Assembly (NCBI GenBank): GCA_965261395.1
Contig: OZ253462.1
Coordinates: forward strand, 5,824,001-5,888,000
From: Candidatus Latescibacterota bacterium
GTDB lineage: Bacteria; Latescibacterota; UBA2968; UBA8231
DNA: 64,000 nucleotides
Direction of reading: 5' to 3'
Positions 18,210 through 28,045 of this stretch are shown in pieces. The translations under genes were made by a program, and so were the position numbers. The notes below the pieces were generated by a model. That model was not told where the DNA came from. It ran no database searches and saw only the letters and a list, made by a program, of their open reading frames with translations. Position 1 is the first letter of the stretch. Every line of letters starts with the position of its first letter.

Positions 18210-19112
18210 TCATTCAGGCGCAGGATAGGGGTGCCCCTTTTCTGTTGCAGCGATCATTTGCTGCAACTTGTCGGCGATGAATTGGGTGTGGATGGAGATG
18301 AGTGCTTCCCCTTTTTCTACACTGGCAAGCAAGGCGTTTTCTTGGCGGGCGCGGTCGCGTGGGTTTTCCGGGTTTGGTCCGCCCTGCGGCCAACCTTCCT
18401 TGGAAAAGGGTTCGAGATACGCCTCGACTTCAGGCGATAGATTGTGGGCGTAGTCCAAGCCAGCGGCGTCATACGCTTCCATGGTGAAAGCGCGGACCCG
18501 TTGCGGACAAGCCGCCAGCATCACGGACGTCTCATCCTCTGAGGCATGGTTCAGCGCCGTTTGTCGCGCCACCGTGTCCAGCTTGCCCGCTTTCAGATCT
18601 CGATAGCCCTGGAGGATGGTTTCCCGGTCCTCGTCCGTCAGCCCCATCCAGTACGAATCCTCATCCAGCGTGATACCCAGGTCTTGTCGCCACGCCGGCA
18701 GCACGTCCCGCAGCAGGCCATGATTGCCGCCGTGACCGTTGACGACCAGAATCGTGCGAATGCCGTGGGTTTTTAGGCTCTCTGCTACGTCGAAGATGTA
18801 TGCTCGCAGCGTTTCCTTGCGCAACGTCAGCGTGCCCTTGCGCGCCATGTGGTACGGAGAGTAGCCCACCGGACAAGGTGGAGCGACTGTGACCTGTGGG
18901 TAGAGTTGCAAGGCGGCCTGCTGGGAGATAAACGTGGACAGGACAATATCCAGATCCAAGCTCAGGTGTTCGTTGTGCTGCTCGGTTGCGCCGATGGGAA
19001 TGATGGCGGCTTTTAGTTTGCCGCTGTGCAGCGCTTCGCGAATTTCCTTGCGGGTGCATTCCCCTAGCATGACTCTGTAGGGGTTGACGTATTGGCTTTT
19101 TGCGTTTGCCAT
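18210..19112 (-). CDS. Creatininase/amidohydrolase family protein
   Basis: AIIPIGATEQH..HL...D, GYSPYH...GTL, VNGHGGN, HASEDETS. Confidence 0.9.
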   Translation of the reverse strand: MANAKSQYVNPYRVMLGECTRKEIREALHSGKLKAAIIPIGATEQHNEHLSLDLDIVLSTFISQQAALQLYPQVTVAPPCPVGYSPYHMARKGTLTLRKETLRAYIFDVAESLKTHGIRTILVVNGHGGNHGLLRDVLPAWRQDLGITLDEDSYWMGLTDEDRETILQGYRDLKAGKLDTVARQTALNHASEDETSVMLAACPQRVRAFTMEAYDAAGLDYAHNLSPEVEAYLEPFSKEGWPQGGPNPENPRDRARQENALLASVEKGEALISIHTQFIADKLQQMIAATEKGHPYPAPE

Positions 19113-19178
19113 ACTATTTCCTTTGACGTGATGAAGACGTTGACAGATGTGCTGTCGCGATGTTGAGCGATTCAATAT

Positions 19179-19817
19179 TCAAGAGCAAATACAGCTCGGC
19201 CACCCCTTCTTGCGCGCCAGCCGCGCCAGTCGTCCGTCTGGATTGACAACGACGGGATGAGCGACCGCTGCCAGCAAAAAGCGGTCGTCGAAGGCGTTTC
19301 CGTAGGCTGCGGATTCGCGCAGATCGAATCCGTGTGCGCGTGCCACTTCGTCTGACAAACGTACCTTCTCAGGCCCGGATACGCGCAGGCCGTCCAAGTC
19401 GCCCGTTAAGCGTCCCTGCTTGCAGACTAGCTTGGTCCCAACGACGAAATCCAAATCGAGGAGATCCTTCAGGGGTGCGATCAGGGGTTGCGGTGCTCCC
19501 GACACGATGCCGAGACAATCTCCAGCGGCGCGATGTGTTTCTATTAGACGCTTGGCCTGATCTGAGATTTGGCGAGTTAGTTGCTGGCGACAGAAGGACT
19601 CAGCCGTTTCCGCGAGCAGACCCATCTCAACGCCGCCGAAGTGGGTTTTGTTGGACTGGACGCCGCGGGTGGGGATGCGGACGGCCCAAGACAGGAACGC
19701 GCGAACTGCCTTTGGAGGGGTCTGCTTGCCGGTCTGCAACGCGAAGCGGATGAACTCCCTTTCGGCGCTAGTACCAGGCAGCAGCGTCCCGTCTAGGTCG
19801 AATATCGCGGCTTTCAC
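19179..19817 (-). CDS. HAD-IB family phosphatase (SerB-like)
   Basis: AAIFDLDGTL, IVSG, K, AYGNAFDD, VVVNPD.RL. Confidence 0.9.
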   Translation of the reverse strand: MKAAIFDLDGTLLPGTSAEREFIRFALQTGKQTPPKAVRAFLSWAVRIPTRGVQSNKTHFGGVEMGLLAETAESFCRQQLTRQISDQAKRLIETHRAAGDCLGIVSGAPQPLIAPLKDLLDLDFVVGTKLVCKQGRLTGDLDGLRVSGPEKVRLSDEVARAHGFDLRESAAYGNAFDDRFLLAAVAHPVVVNPDGRLARLARKKGWPSCICS

Positions 19818-19825
19818 GGTACTGG

Positions 19826-20479
19826 CTAATCCCGCAGCAGGCCGGGAAACATTTTGCGAAACAGAACGTCTTGACTATCCCATATTACCGGGATGCCCCT
19901 TACTATGCACATCACCACCGTCAACCAGACGATTGCCTCTCCGACCAGCATTAGCAACTCCGTGGACACCCCGATTGACCAACCATACTCGGCTTGGCCG
20001 GACTGAATCAGCAGCACCGCGCCCAGATAGACAAACACGACCGCCTTGGTAAAGCCGTAGAGCGCCCGACTGAAGCGAGAGCTCACGAGTGCCTTCGCCC
20101 ACCGGCTGCGCATCATCGTCTTACTGCCGAATGGGGTCTTGCCCGCGTCCACAAAGGCGAGCATCCGCAGCCAGTCGATGAGGAAACTCCGGGCGACGAC
20201 GATGGCCGCCGCCCAGAAGCTGGCCATGCCGATTGAGGCAAAATAAACCCAGAAGACGTTCTCTACAATGCGATCCCCGGCGATGTCGAACATCGCGCCC
20301 AGATCGGATTCGATGCCGAGGCGACGGGCAATGATACCGTCGAGCGCGTCCATGTAAAGGGTGGCGATCGTCAGTAAAACCGCCACCCCGCAGGCGATGG
20401 TGTTGACTTTGTACAGCCCAATTACCAGGAACACTAGGAATATTCGGATCAACGTCACGAGATTTGCTTGCATGTTCAC
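19826..20479 (-). CDS. CDP-alcohol phosphatidyltransferase (PgsA-like)
   Basis: ANLVTLIR...DALDGIIARR...SDLGAMFDIAGDR signature. Confidence 0.9.
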   Translation of the reverse strand: MNMQANLVTLIRIFLVFLVIGLYKVNTIACGVAVLLTIATLYMDALDGIIARRLGIESDLGAMFDIAGDRIVENVFWVYFASIGMASFWAAAIVVARSFLIDWLRMLAFVDAGKTPFGSKTMMRSRWAKALVSSRFSRALYGFTKAVVFVYLGAVLLIQSGQAEYGWSIGVSTELLMLVGEAIVWLTVVMCIVRGIPVIWDSQDVLFRKMFPGLLRD

Positions 20480-20535
20480 CTCCCTCGCAATGGAAAAATA
20501 TCGACTGGCGATAGGGTCTTATTATAAAGTAGGAG

Positions 20536-21096
20536 GTGCCGATGGAAAACTACAGTGTCAGAATGATCCGCGAGGACATGGAAAATATTCCGCAATTCCC
20601 GATCCCCAAAGGGTTCGCCATGCGGAATTACCGTCCGCATGAAGGGGCTATCTGGACGCGGATTCAGCGAGCGGCAGAACTGCACTTCGACGTTGACGAC
20701 CAGCTTTTTGAGCGCGAATTCAACCGCGATTTTGGGGCGCTGGAGGACCGGAGTTTTTACCTGACCACCGACGCCGGCGAAGAGATCGGGACCATCACGG
20801 CGTGGTGGCAGCCCGATTTGAACGGCCAGGAGTGGGGACAGATTCACTGGGTTGCGATTCACCCGGACTATCAGGGACGCGGGCTTGCCAAGCCGATGAT
20901 GTCTGTGGCGATGGCATGCCTCAAGCGATTCCACCAGCGCAGTTTTCTCGGCACCTCAAGCGGGCGGGTTCCCGCGATCAAAGTGTATCTCGATTGCGGA
21001 TTTTACCCAGACCTTGAGCAAGAGAATAGCCAACGGGCTTGGGCGGAAGTCGCGTCCGTTTTGGAACACCCGGTTTTAAGGGCCTGCGGTTTTTAG
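20536..21096 (+). CDS. GNAT family N-acetyltransferase
   Basis: VAIHPDYQGRGLAK...AIKVYLDCGF. Confidence 0.9.
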   Translation: MPMENYSVRMIREDMENIPQFPIPKGFAMRNYRPHEGAIWTRIQRAAELHFDVDDQLFEREFNRDFGALEDRSFYLTTDAGEEIGTITAWWQPDLNGQEWGQIHWVAIHPDYQGRGLAKPMMSVAMACLKRFHQRSFLGTSSGRVPAIKVYLDCGFYPDLEQENSQRAWAEVASVLEHPVLRACGF

Positions 21097-21115
21097 CAAG
21101 GCTAGTGTCCGCCGG

Positions 21116-22696
21116 TCAAGCCAACCCCAAGTCCGCGGCGATCACCTGCCACGCGTTGTAACCCGGCAGCCCGGTGATGTTCCCCGACGGGTGGCAGCAC
21201 GAACCGCACAGGTATAGCCTCGCCAGATAGCCCCGGTAGTGGCCAGCGCCCGGGAAGGGCCGGTTGTAGCCGACCTGACCGTGGCCGAGTGAACCTACTA
21301 GTAGGTCGCCGTCGCGCATGTTCGGCAGCAGCTTGGGGATGTGGTGGACCGGGCGGATCAGGCGCTGGCGCACGACATCCCGCAGGTTCGGTGCGCAATC
21401 GGCCCAGGCGTCGAACATGCGGCGACCGTGGGCTGTGGCCTCTGCGTCCCAGTGATCGGCGTGGCCACGCAGGCGGAAGGGCACCTTCTCCCACATGAAG
21501 GCGGTATGGGCATTGTCGGGTGCCTGAGTGGCGTCAAAGCGGCTGGGACAGGATCCCCACATCACCGTCGGCGGCAACTGGCCCAGCTCGTGCGCCCGTA
21601 CTATGTCGTCGAAGTCGGTCACCGACTGTAGGCCGAGGAGGACCATGAAGGCGTCGTCCAGCTCGGGATCGACCTCGGCCGCCGAGTAGGCCGGGGCCTC
21701 GTCGAGGTTGAGATAGAGGCCGAATAGGGGAGCCAGCAGGTTGTAGCGGAACGCGGCGGCTAGGTCGCGCCAAGAAGCTGGCAAGTGCGCGGGATCAATC
21801 AGGTCGAGGAAGGTCTGCTGCGGGTTGAGGCCCGAGGCGATGAAGTGGCGGGCGTCAATCCGCTCTCCCCCGGCCGTGACGACCCCGGCGGCCCGCCCCG
21901 GCTCGCTGGCAACAGGCTGCACCGCGATCTGCGTCAGCTCGACGTCGGTGCGGACCTCGCCACCGGCCTCAGCGATGGCGGCGATGAGGGCTTCGGCTAG
22001 CCGGGCCGAGCCACCGATGCACATCTGCGCCTTGCCGCGGGCGGCCAACAGAGCCGGGATGTGGTGGCCGAAGCCGGGCGCGCGCGGATCGACTTCGCGC
22101 AGGCCGTTGAAGAACAGGAGGCCGGCCTGCACTGCTGGGCTCTCGAACTCGCGCAGCACGAACTCGCGTGGCGAGTAGGCGCTCGTTTTTAGTAGCAGGT
22201 GGCCCTCGGCCGTGGCTTCCAAGCGGCGCTGGCGCTCTAGGGCCGACAGCGGGGGAGCCTGCGCCTCGGGTTCCAGAATTTGCGTCACGATCGGCAGGAA
22301 TGACTCGCGCCAGCGGCGCAGGCTGGCGGCGTCCCGGCGGCTGAACTGGGCAAAGGAGTCGGCGGTGCGTTCGAAGTCCGTCCACCAGGTCAGGGAGCGC
22401 CCGTCCGGGAGCAGCATGGCCACGTTTAGCTCGGGCTCGAGGTAGCGAGCACCGTGCCGCTCGAGTTCGAGTTCGGCGTACCACGGCATCCGGGTTACAC
22501 CTCGGTGGTAGAACGAGTGGGTGTTGTGCAGGAATCTGGAGCCGACCGGCCACTCTTCGGTGCGCAGTCCGCCGCCGGCTACGACGTTTCGCTCTAGGCT
22601 GACGACGTGTAGGCCGGCCCGGCACAGGTAGGCCTGTAGGATCAGGCTGTTGTGGCCGGTTCCAAGGATGATGCCGTCGTACGTGGAGTCCGCCAT
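21116..22696 (-). CDS. Phytoene desaturase-family FAD-dependent oxidoreductase
   Basis: YDGIILGTGHNSL...LER....GGG, GGSARLAEAL, LYLCGS..HP.G.ITGLPGYNA. Confidence 0.85.
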   Translation of the reverse strand: MADSTYDGIILGTGHNSLILQAYLCRAGLHVVSLERNVVAGGGLRTEEWPVGSRFLHNTHSFYHRGVTRMPWYAELELERHGARYLEPELNVAMLLPDGRSLTWWTDFERTADSFAQFSRRDAASLRRWRESFLPIVTQILEPEAQAPPLSALERQRRLEATAEGHLLLKTSAYSPREFVLREFESPAVQAGLLFFNGLREVDPRAPGFGHHIPALLAARGKAQMCIGGSARLAEALIAAIAEAGGEVRTDVELTQIAVQPVASEPGRAAGVVTAGGERIDARHFIASGLNPQQTFLDLIDPAHLPASWRDLAAAFRYNLLAPLFGLYLNLDEAPAYSAAEVDPELDDAFMVLLGLQSVTDFDDIVRAHELGQLPPTVMWGSCPSRFDATQAPDNAHTAFMWEKVPFRLRGHADHWDAEATAHGRRMFDAWADCAPNLRDVVRQRLIRPVHHIPKLLPNMRDGDLLVGSLGHGQVGYNRPFPGAGHYRGYLARLYLCGSCCHPSGNITGLPGYNAWQVIAADLGLA

Positions 22697-22876
22697 GACC
22701 AGCAATCTAACGTCCGGTAATTTAAAAGGGCAATTGCCATATTGTATGTATATGGCCGCCTTGGCGATTGAGTCAGGCAGCGAATGGATCACTACCCAAG
22801 GGGTGAGCCTGAACCGGCTTGTGAGTACGCGGCTTGCAAGCACCTCCTAATTGGTTGCGGTGCCCTCGTCCGCTAG

Positions 22877-22904
22877 CTCCTCAGTCGTCCGTCTTCGGCG
22901 GCCA
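22877..22904 (+). repeat. 28-bp direct repeat, copy 1
   Basis: CTCCTCAGTCGTCCGTCTTCGGCGGCCA; 26 of 28 identical to 25465-25492. Confidence 0.75.
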
Positions 22905-22909
22905 ACTCC

Positions 22910-24523
22910 TCAGTCAATCCCTTCGGCGCTCGTGTTCCCACCGCGGCGGTAGCTGACGTGGAGCTCCACGTTCCGCACCACGACCGGCGGTCGCAGACGA
23001 GGGTCGCGTTCGCGCAGGTCGATGCCGACGAGGTGGACGCCCTTGCCGACCTGTGCCGGCACCAGCGGCCAGACGAGCCACGTGTTCTCGGACACGTCCG
23101 CCGGATTCGCCGCCTCCTCGGCCGCCGGGCTGCGACGCACCGGGTCCTCCAGCCGCTGCCCGTCGAGCTCCACGGCGACCCGGTCCCGGGGCGACAGGTG
23201 GTCGAGATCGACCTGCAGCTCCAGCGCCGCGTCCTCCGACACCTCCTCGTACACGCCGATGTGGAACCGCGGACCGCCCTCCACCAGGGTGCGCAGCAGA
23301 TCGACGGGCACCTCGCCGCGCAGCCGGTCGTCCCGCTCGGCGCCGTAGCGCAGCTCGCTCCGGTCGCGGATGTGGCGCTTGACGGCGGCGTACACCTTGG
23401 CTGTGCGCCGCAGGCTGTCGGGTGCGCCGAGGCTCTGCAGCAGCGGCCGGACCGCATGCACGTGGTTGTGCCAGTTGAACAGATGCACGCCCGTGGCACC
23501 GCGCTCGTAGAAGCCGGTGGCTAGGCCGCGGAACCAAGCCTCTCGCCACCGCTCGGCGGGCAGCAGGTGCCCGCGCCCCCACTCGCCGTGGCTGTCGAAC
23601 CCGGGATACAGCCGCACCTCGCTGCCTCGCATCATCTCCACGTAGGCCTCCACCTCCACGTCCGGATCGGTCCCCGAGTTCGCCCCCGTGACGACGATGT
23701 CGCACAGGCCCTCCTCGATCCAGGCCTTCAGGTCGTAGCCGACGCGCCGGTTCGTCTCCTGGGAGGCACCGACGCGCACGATCACGTGAAAGGGCCGTCC
23801 GCGCCGCTGGGCGATCGCGTCGCCGAGGCGGCGCACGGCGCGCTGCAGATCGGTGAGGGTGTAGCGCAGACGGTAGGCGTCCTCTTCGGGCAGGTGGAAG
23901 GCATGGCGCTGCCAGTCGAGCTCGACGCCGTCCCAGTCCGCCAACTCGCAGGCCTCGGTGATGCGTTGCAGGGTGTACTCACGGACCTCCGGCACCGCCA
24001 TGTTCCACGACGTAGCTGCCCAAGCCGGCGCTTTGGCTGCGCCGAGCACCCACTCCGGGTGGCTCTTGCGGAACGCCGTGAGATGGGGTCGTTCCGTCGC
24101 TGCCATCTCCTCCGGCCGCAGCGGCTTGGCCCGGCGCTCGGCATCGGACCAGAAGTGGTTGTCGTTCATGCGCACCGAGGCGTACACGCCGAGTCCCATC
24201 TGGTGGCCGCGGCGTACGAGTTGGCCGTATAGGTCGACGCTGCCATCGAACATCGCCCGCAGGCTCTCCGCCCGGCGCATGTCGCTGAGGGAGAAGTACC
24301 GGCGGCCCTCTGCCTCACCGATCATCGGCAGCCGGTCCGAGGGCCAGTGTGCCTCCTCGACCCCCACACACCACGACAGGGCACCGACCTGGGTCCCCGT
24401 TAGGGGCCCGTAGATCCGCTCTATCAGATCCTCGACGGACATCGGAACCTCGGCGTGCTTCAGGTAGCCGCCGTCGTTGTTCAGGATGATCCCGTAGTCG
24501 GGCGCGGGCGGGCGCGGGCTCAC
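22910..24523 (-). CDS. Glycoside hydrolase-like (GHL10-type TIM barrel) protein
   Basis: IILNNDG, GHQMGLGVYASVRMND.H, F...HPEW, N.AVPEVR...L..I.E....DWDGVELDWQR, GVHLFN. Confidence 0.7.
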   Translation of the reverse strand: MSPRPPAPDYGIILNNDGGYLKHAEVPMSVEDLIERIYGPLTGTQVGALSWCVGVEEAHWPSDRLPMIGEAEGRRYFSLSDMRRAESLRAMFDGSVDLYGQLVRRGHQMGLGVYASVRMNDNHFWSDAERRAKPLRPEEMAATERPHLTAFRKSHPEWVLGAAKAPAWAATSWNMAVPEVREYTLQRITEACELADWDGVELDWQRHAFHLPEEDAYRLRYTLTDLQRAVRRLGDAIAQRRGRPFHVIVRVGASQETNRRVGYDLKAWIEEGLCDIVVTGANSGTDPDVEVEAYVEMMRGSEVRLYPGFDSHGEWGRGHLLPAERWREAWFRGLATGFYERGATGVHLFNWHNHVHAVRPLLQSLGAPDSLRRTAKVYAAVKRHIRDRSELRYGAERDDRLRGEVPVDLLRTLVEGGPRFHIGVYEEVSEDAALELQVDLDHLSPRDRVAVELDGQRLEDPVRRSPAAEEAANPADVSENTWLVWPLVPAQVGKGVHLVGIDLRERDPRLRPPVVVRNVELHVSYRRGGNTSAEGID

Positions 24524-24572
24524 GCTGAGGTCCCAGCCGCTCGGGGTGTATAGCGACCCGCGCTCTCGGTGC

Positions 24573-25460
24573 TCATCGCACCGGCTCCGGGTCGATGGTC
24601 CCGAGGGGCACCTCGAGCAGGTCCTGCCCGAGGATCACCTGCCCGTCGAACACCTCTCCCACCTCGTGCAGCACGCGCTCCCGCACGCCGGGCGTCTCCA
24701 ACTGCTCTGTCAGATGAACGAGGACCAACGTCTTCACGCCGGCGTCCCGCGCCGTGGTCGCTGCATCGAGGTGGCCGGAGCAGCAATTGGTCAGACGTTC
24801 GTCGGTGACTACGCCGTTGATGAAGTGGCACATGTGCAGCAGCACGTCCGCGCCTCTCGCCAACTCGGTGAGACGGTCCACTGGTGCCGTGTCGCCGCCG
24901 AACACGATGGTGCCGCCGGGTGTGGCCAGGCGGTAGGCCAGGCAGGTGAGCTGCGGCTGTACGTGCACCACCTCGGCCACATCGACCTGCCAGTCGCGGG
25001 TCTCGATCCGGTCTCCGTGCTCGACCTCGCGCACCTCGGGGTTGGGTCGCTCCCGTGGCATCACGCCGCCGCGCGCCTCGTACACGAAGTGACTGCCCGG
25101 GTGCTCGGTACGGGCCGCGAGGTCCGGGCCGAAGGCACCGTTGGCAGAGAACAACTGGTGCGACATGTGCGCCGTGGGTGCCGGGCCGTACACCCGCAGT
25201 TCCGGGATCTGGCCGACGCTTTGATCCCAACGCGTTAGTACCAAGTAGGCGTAGTCAACGCAGTGGTCGTAGTGCAGGTGGGTCAGGAACAGGTGGTCGA
25301 TTGAGGGCAGAGCGAGGCCGGCTTCAATCATGCGTCGCACCGATCCTGGGCCGCAGTCGAAGATTAGGGTCTCGTCCCCCGTCTGGACGAGATAGCTGGA
25401 GCCGCCGCGGTGGGCTAGCGGGGCGGGCGTGCCGGTGCAGAGGAGTTGGAGTCGCATCAT
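24573..25460 (-). CDS. MBL-fold hydrolase, RNase Z/arylsulfatase (AtsA/ElaC)-like
   Basis: LLCTGTP, FDCGPG, FLTHLHYDH, H, GDTAP, A...DVLLH, H, LVLVH. Confidence 0.85.
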   Translation of the reverse strand: MMRLQLLCTGTPAPLAHRGGSSYLVQTGDETLIFDCGPGSVRRMIEAGLALPSIDHLFLTHLHYDHCVDYAYLVLTRWDQSVGQIPELRVYGPAPTAHMSHQLFSANGAFGPDLAARTEHPGSHFVYEARGGVMPRERPNPEVREVEHGDRIETRDWQVDVAEVVHVQPQLTCLAYRLATPGGTIVFGGDTAPVDRLTELARGADVLLHMCHFINGVVTDERLTNCCSGHLDAATTARDAGVKTLVLVHLTEQLETPGVRERVLHEVGEVFDGQVILGQDLLEVPLGTIDPEPVR

Positions 25461-25464
25461 CACT

Positions 25465-25492
25465 CTCCTCAGTCGCCCGTCCTCGGCGGCCA
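25465..25492 (+). repeat. 28-bp direct repeat, copy 2 (3' end of upstream gene)
   Basis: CTCCTCAGTCGCCCGTCCTCGGCGGCCA. Confidence 0.75.
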
Positions 25493-26212
25493 GGTGGCGA
25501 AGTACTCGGGTGCCCAGCATCTGGCGAGGTGGTAGTTGCGTTTCTGATAGGACCCGGCGGGCGGTGCCGTCTCGGCTTCGATCCAAGCCTCGGCACCAGC
25601 TAGCTGGGGGAATTCTATGATCCAGAGGAACTCGCCTTCGGTGTTGGTCCCGAGTAGTCGGAAGACTTCCCCGTGGATGAGGTCGTGCTCTCGGGCCACC
25701 TCTTGCAGTCGCCGCTGGCGCTCCTCGTCGCCGCGCGTTCGGGGGTCAACTTGGTCGGGGCCGCGACGCCAGCCGCCGAAGGCGAGTACGACGATTGAGG
25801 AGGGATCGACGGTCAGGGGTGGGATCACGTGCGGATCGGCGTCGGGGGCCACGGGGGGTTCGGGTTTGCGGGGTAGCCAAGCTAGGCTCTCTGGTTGCCA
25901 GCGGCGGGCGAGGGAGTAGTCGTAGAAGCCGTAGCGTCCGTATGGAGGCTCCACCTCAGCCGACATCCAAGTCTCGGCACCGGCTAGGTCTGGGAATTCG
26001 ATGGTCCAGAACCGCTCCCAACTGTTTTGGGGTGCCAGCAGGCGGTACCCGTGTATGCCGATCAGACCGTGGCGTTCGGAGACGGACAGCATCAGGTCCA
26101 CGTGTTGGCGCTCGTAGTCGTGCCGCTGCGCGTCGTCGAGTTGATGCCACTGAGGCAAGCGTCCACCCCGGAACAGAATGACGACGCTGTCGCCTTGGGC
26201 TGAATTAGTCAT
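25469..26212 (-). CDS. Hypothetical protein with internal two-domain duplication
   Basis: WTIEFPDLAGAETW..AE..PP.G.Y...Y.LARRW recurs as WIIEFPQLAGAEAW..AE..PP.G.Y...Y.LARCW. Confidence 0.7.
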   Translation of the reverse strand: MTNSAQGDSVVILFRGGRLPQWHQLDDAQRHDYERQHVDLMLSVSERHGLIGIHGYRLLAPQNSWERFWTIEFPDLAGAETWMSAEVEPPYGRYGFYDYSLARRWQPESLAWLPRKPEPPVAPDADPHVIPPLTVDPSSIVVLAFGGWRRGPDQVDPRTRGDEERQRRLQEVAREHDLIHGEVFRLLGTNTEGEFLWIIEFPQLAGAEAWIEAETAPPAGSYQKRNYHLARCWAPEYFATWPPRTGD

Positions 26213-26431
26213 ATAGCAGTCCTATATCATTCGCGAGATGATCCGCAGATGGACGCAGATAGACGCAGAATCCCTATGAAGGGGCGGTCATGGCGCGTCG
26301 ATCCAAGCGGATAGGGAAGAGGAGGGTATTTATCCGCAGCCTTGTCGGGCGCGATTCGTCCCCTCTGCGCGTGCAGACGATGAACCGCGCCCGATGAGTA
26401 TAGCCACCAACTCCACAGTTTATTCTTCATC

Positions 26432-27962
26432 CTACGGGGCTTTAGCCGGGTTCCTGCTGTCGACCGCCGAACATCCATAGCTGTTACAAGCAACAACCCA
26501 GTAGTAGTTGCCGTGTACGCCTGTGTGTGGGGTGGTATGGACGTAGAGTGTCTCGCTGTGTCCCGAAACCAGTAAACTACACCACGGCTCTTCGGATTCG
26601 CTACAGGCCGTCCGATGGAGATGCTCCCAGTAAATGTTGTAGTGGGTAGCCCCTTCCACAGGATCCCAACGGACGATTATTTTTTGTCCATCCCAAGCAG
26701 CTCGTACGTTTTTTGGGGAACCAGGGATAGAAGTAGGCTCTTGTTCACTTGGTTCACCTTGGGGTTCCTCAGATCCTTGTTGGCCTTGAGGTCCTTGAGG
26801 TCCTTGGGGTCCTGGCGGTCCGGGTTCACCTTGGGAACCTGATGGTCCGGGTTCACCTTGGGAACCTGATGGTCCGGGTTCACCTTGGGAACCTGATGGT
26901 CCGGGTTCACCTTGGGAACCTGGCGGTCCGGGTTCACCTTGGGGTCCTGGCGGTCCGGGTTCACCTTGGGAACCTGGAGGTCCGGGTTCACCTTGGGAAC
27001 CTGGAGGTCCTGGTTCGCCTTGAGGTCCTGGAGGTCCGGGCGGTCCTGGTTCGCCACCTTGTCCCTCGCCTTGTCCGCCTTGAGGTCCTTGAGGTCCTGG
27101 AGGTCCGGGTTCGCCTTGGGGTCCTGGAGGTCCTGGTTCGCCTTGAGGTCCTGGAGGTCCTTGTTCCCCTTGTTCCCCTTGTTCGCCCTGGGGTCCTTGG
27201 GGTCCGGGCGGTCCTGGAGGTCCTTGGGTTCCTTGTTCGCCCGTATCACCCTTTTCCCCTTGGGTTCCTTGTTCGCCTTGGATTCCTTGTTCCCCTTGTT
27301 CGCCCTGGGGTCCTTGGGGTCCGGGCGGTCCTGGAGGTCCTTGTTCGCCCGTATCGCCCTTTTCCCCTTGGATTCCTTGTTCGCCTTGGGTTCCTTGGGT
27401 TCCTTGTTCGCCCTGTTCGCCTTGAGGCCCTTGAATTGCTTCGCCTTGGGTTCCTTGTTCGCCCTGTTCGCCCGTATCGCCCGTATCACCCTTTTCCCCT
27501 TGGATTCCTTGTTCGCCTTGGGTTCCTTGGGTTCCTTGTTCGCCCTGTTCGCCTTGAGGCCCTTGAATTGCTTCGCCTTGGGTTCCTTGTTCGCCCTGTT
27601 CGCCTTGAGGCCCTTGAATTGCTTCGCCTTGGGTTCCTTGTTCGCCCTGTTCGCCTTGAGGCCCTTGAATTGCTTCGCCTTGGGTTCCTTGTTCGCCCTG
27701 TTCGCCCGTATCGCCCGTATCACCCTTTTCCCCTTGGATTCCTTGTTCGCCTTGGGTTCCTTGGGTTCCTGGTTCGCCCTGTTCGCCTTGAGGCCCTTGA
27801 ATTGCTTCGCCTTGGGTTCCTTGTTCACCCTGTTCACCCTGTTCACCCTGTTCCCCTTGGGTTCCTTGGGGCCCCATCGGCCCCGTCTGCCCCAGCCCCG
27901 TGCGGCCCTGAGCAGGTGGCGAGGCCGAACGCTAATAACGATAAAAACGCAAAGTACTTCAT
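26432..27962 (-). pseudogene. Collagen-stalk lipoprotein with FN3-like head; frameshift just after the signal peptide
   Basis: ATG 27962 [17 protein letters not shown] is out of frame with the long Gly-X-Y ORF (2 nt shorter than the paralogue near 27893-27900). Head [14 protein letters not shown]...[13 protein letters not shown]. Confidence 0.8.
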
Positions 27963-28045
27963 GGCCGGTCTCCTTTCGGATAGCTGTGCATAAGAAGTTT
28001 TGAAGAAATCGTTAGTCATTCAACGCCATTGTCCGCTACGCGGGG

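Noticed and set aside
26243-26270. Three 10-bp CGCAGA repeats
   Set aside because: They are short and isolated, probably a small REP-like remnant with no supportable function.
26760-27870. Regular repeats resembling a CRISPR array
   Set aside because: They are multiples of 9 bp encoding Gly-X-Y, with no unique spacers and no cas genes.
26677-28003. Long alternative-frame and antisense ORFs over collagen, LRR and GC-rich genes
   Set aside because: These are shadows of repetitive or GC-rich coding sequence with no RBS or family motifs.
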